Source: Chitinivibrionales bacterium (GTDB taxonomy: Bacteria > Fibrobacterota > Chitinivibrionia > Chitinivibrionales > WJKA01). From it: DNA of 48,149 bases. How positions within the stretch are numbered: position 1 is the stretch's first letter; each line of letters opens with the position of its first letter. Positions 47,134 through 48,149 of the stretch are shown piece by piece. A model generated the notes under the pieces. It made no database searches. It was not told where the DNA came from and saw nothing but the letters and a program-made list of their open reading frames with translations. Both the position numbers and the translations under genes were made by a program. The stretch covers positions 1 through 48,149 of the forward strand of contig JBBRUX010000030.1 in the NCBI GenBank assembly GCA_038247415.1. Reading direction: 5' to 3'.

Positions 47134-47706
47134 TTATAATGCTTCGCGTACAAGACCGTTGATCATCTCAACGGCCTTGTAACCTACTACAGCACACGCT
47201 GCTGCTACATTCATAGAATTCTTATATCCAAACGTTGGAATCTCGATAATATCGTCGCATGCTGCTATTACTTCGGCGTTAACGCCTAATGCCTCGTTGC
47301 CAAAAACGAGCGCTATTCGTGGCGGGTATGCGACTGTGTGAAAGGGTTTTGAGGCAGAGGTTGTTTCTACTGCCCATATGGCCGTGTTCTGTTTCTTGAT
47401 ATGATCTACTGCAACGAGTGTCGTTGGGAAATGCGTCCACTTTACATAATTCACTGTACCCATGGAGGTTTTTTCGAGTTTTGCATGGGGTGGGTAGGGC
47501 GTATATCCACACAAAACTACTTCTTCGACCCGTAAAATATCTGCCATTCTAAAAATTGATCCAACATTAAAGGCACTCCGCAAATTATCCAGCACAAATA
47601 TGATGGGATTTCGTTTGAGAGCCTGATATTCACTTCGCGAGAGAGCTGTATCAAGAGACCTGATTTCGAAATTAGTCTCGATTGAGTTGTCGAAGGTACT
47701 CTTCAT
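47134..47706 (-). CDS. SpoU/TrmH family RNA methyltransferase
   Basis: LDNLRSAFNVGSIFR, VFGNEALG, IEIPTFGYKNSMNVA. Confidence 0.92.
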   Translation of the reverse strand: MKSTFDNSIETNFEIRSLDTALSRSEYQALKRNPIIFVLDNLRSAFNVGSIFRMADILRVEEVVLCGYTPYPPHAKLEKTSMGTVNYVKWTHFPTTLVAVDHIKKQNTAIWAVETTSASKPFHTVAYPPRIALVFGNEALGVNAEVIAACDDIIEIPTFGYKNSMNVAAACAVVGYKAVEMINGLVREAL

Positions 47707-48149
47707 ACTTTGGTCAATTTCTTATGTAACTGTTTACTCGTAAGAAAAAGTGCAAGTCCGGCAATAAAGAATATCGTAATTGAGGACATTCCAAGTCGCG
47801 ATGCATTGGTGTCGCTTAGGCCAACATACTGCCCAAACATGGCAACGCCACCTACCGATAAAGGCCCTAGCACAACCGAACATTTGCCTATCATGTTGTA
47901 AATTCCAAAATATCCAGAGCTTTCCTCTTTGGGAATCATGGTACAGAAATAGGATCGCGAGAGTGCCTGCACAACGCCCTGGATCATTCCTACGGCAGCT
48001 GCGAAAATATAGAAAAGCGTGGTGGAGTGTAAAAGCCATGGGCCAAAACCCGCAAGTAAACAATAGATGAGAAGCGCACCTACAATAATACGGCTGCAAC
48101 CACGCCTTTTTGAGAGTTTTCCACCGAGGATAGCTGCAGGAAATGCTAC
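47703..48149 (-). CDS. MFS transporter, ATG22/UMF1-like (5' partial)
   Basis: Frame is open to the window end: VAFPAAILGGKL..GMIQGVVQALSRSYF..IP..YFGIYNMIGK..VLGP. Confidence 0.85.
   Translation of the reverse strand, partial: VAFPAAILGGKLSKRRGCSRIIVGALLIYCLLAGFGPWLLHSTTLFYIFAAAVGMIQGVVQALSRSYFCTMIPKEESSGYFGIYNMIGKCSVVLGPLSVGGVAMFGQYVGLSDTNASRLGMSSITIFFIAGLALFLTSKQLHKKLTKV

Noticed and set aside
1..48149. CRISPR array, rRNA, prophage or intact IS element
   Set aside because: No regularly spaced repeats, rRNA-like sequence, phage genes or intact transposase seen by eye

Overview
Bacterial chromosomal window. The short RpoD-family sigma factor and a T9SS-type C-terminal domain suggest the FCB superphylum, possibly Fibrobacterota; this is inference, not a database result. 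Bases 1-14.9 kb hold the 3' end of tuf and an intact S10-spc-alpha ribosomal protein cluster (no adk/map/infA) that runs directly into class II fba. Bases 15-26 kb hold a secreted CBM9/DOMON-like protein, tRNA-His, an RlmL-like methyltransferase, a GT4 glycosyltransferase with a Wzx flippase, an rsmA-led operon of an outer-membrane protein and two lipoproteins, and a ComEC-like metallo-beta-lactamase. The most unusual part is 26.0-34.3 kb, a seven-gene minus-strand biosynthetic cluster. It encodes a LysA/ODC-fold protein whose PLP Schiff-base lysine is replaced by Met, a YghO/bacterial-ceramide-synthase-like GNAT, a FemAB-like GNAT, three cobalamin-dependent radical SAM enzymes (two HpnR-like paralogs) and a class I methyltransferase. 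A divergent acyltransferase-3 gene sits next to it. I interpret this as a candidate undescribed pathway for a methylated N-acyl amino lipid or similar metabolite. Bases 35.8-48.1 kb hold a T9SS-like cargo/beta-barrel gene trio interrupted by a sigma factor, aspS, bioD-bioA-bioF, a decayed REP-associated tyrosine transposase, rpsU, a SpoU methyltransferase and a partial MFS transporter. All calls come from reading motifs by eye; no searches were run.
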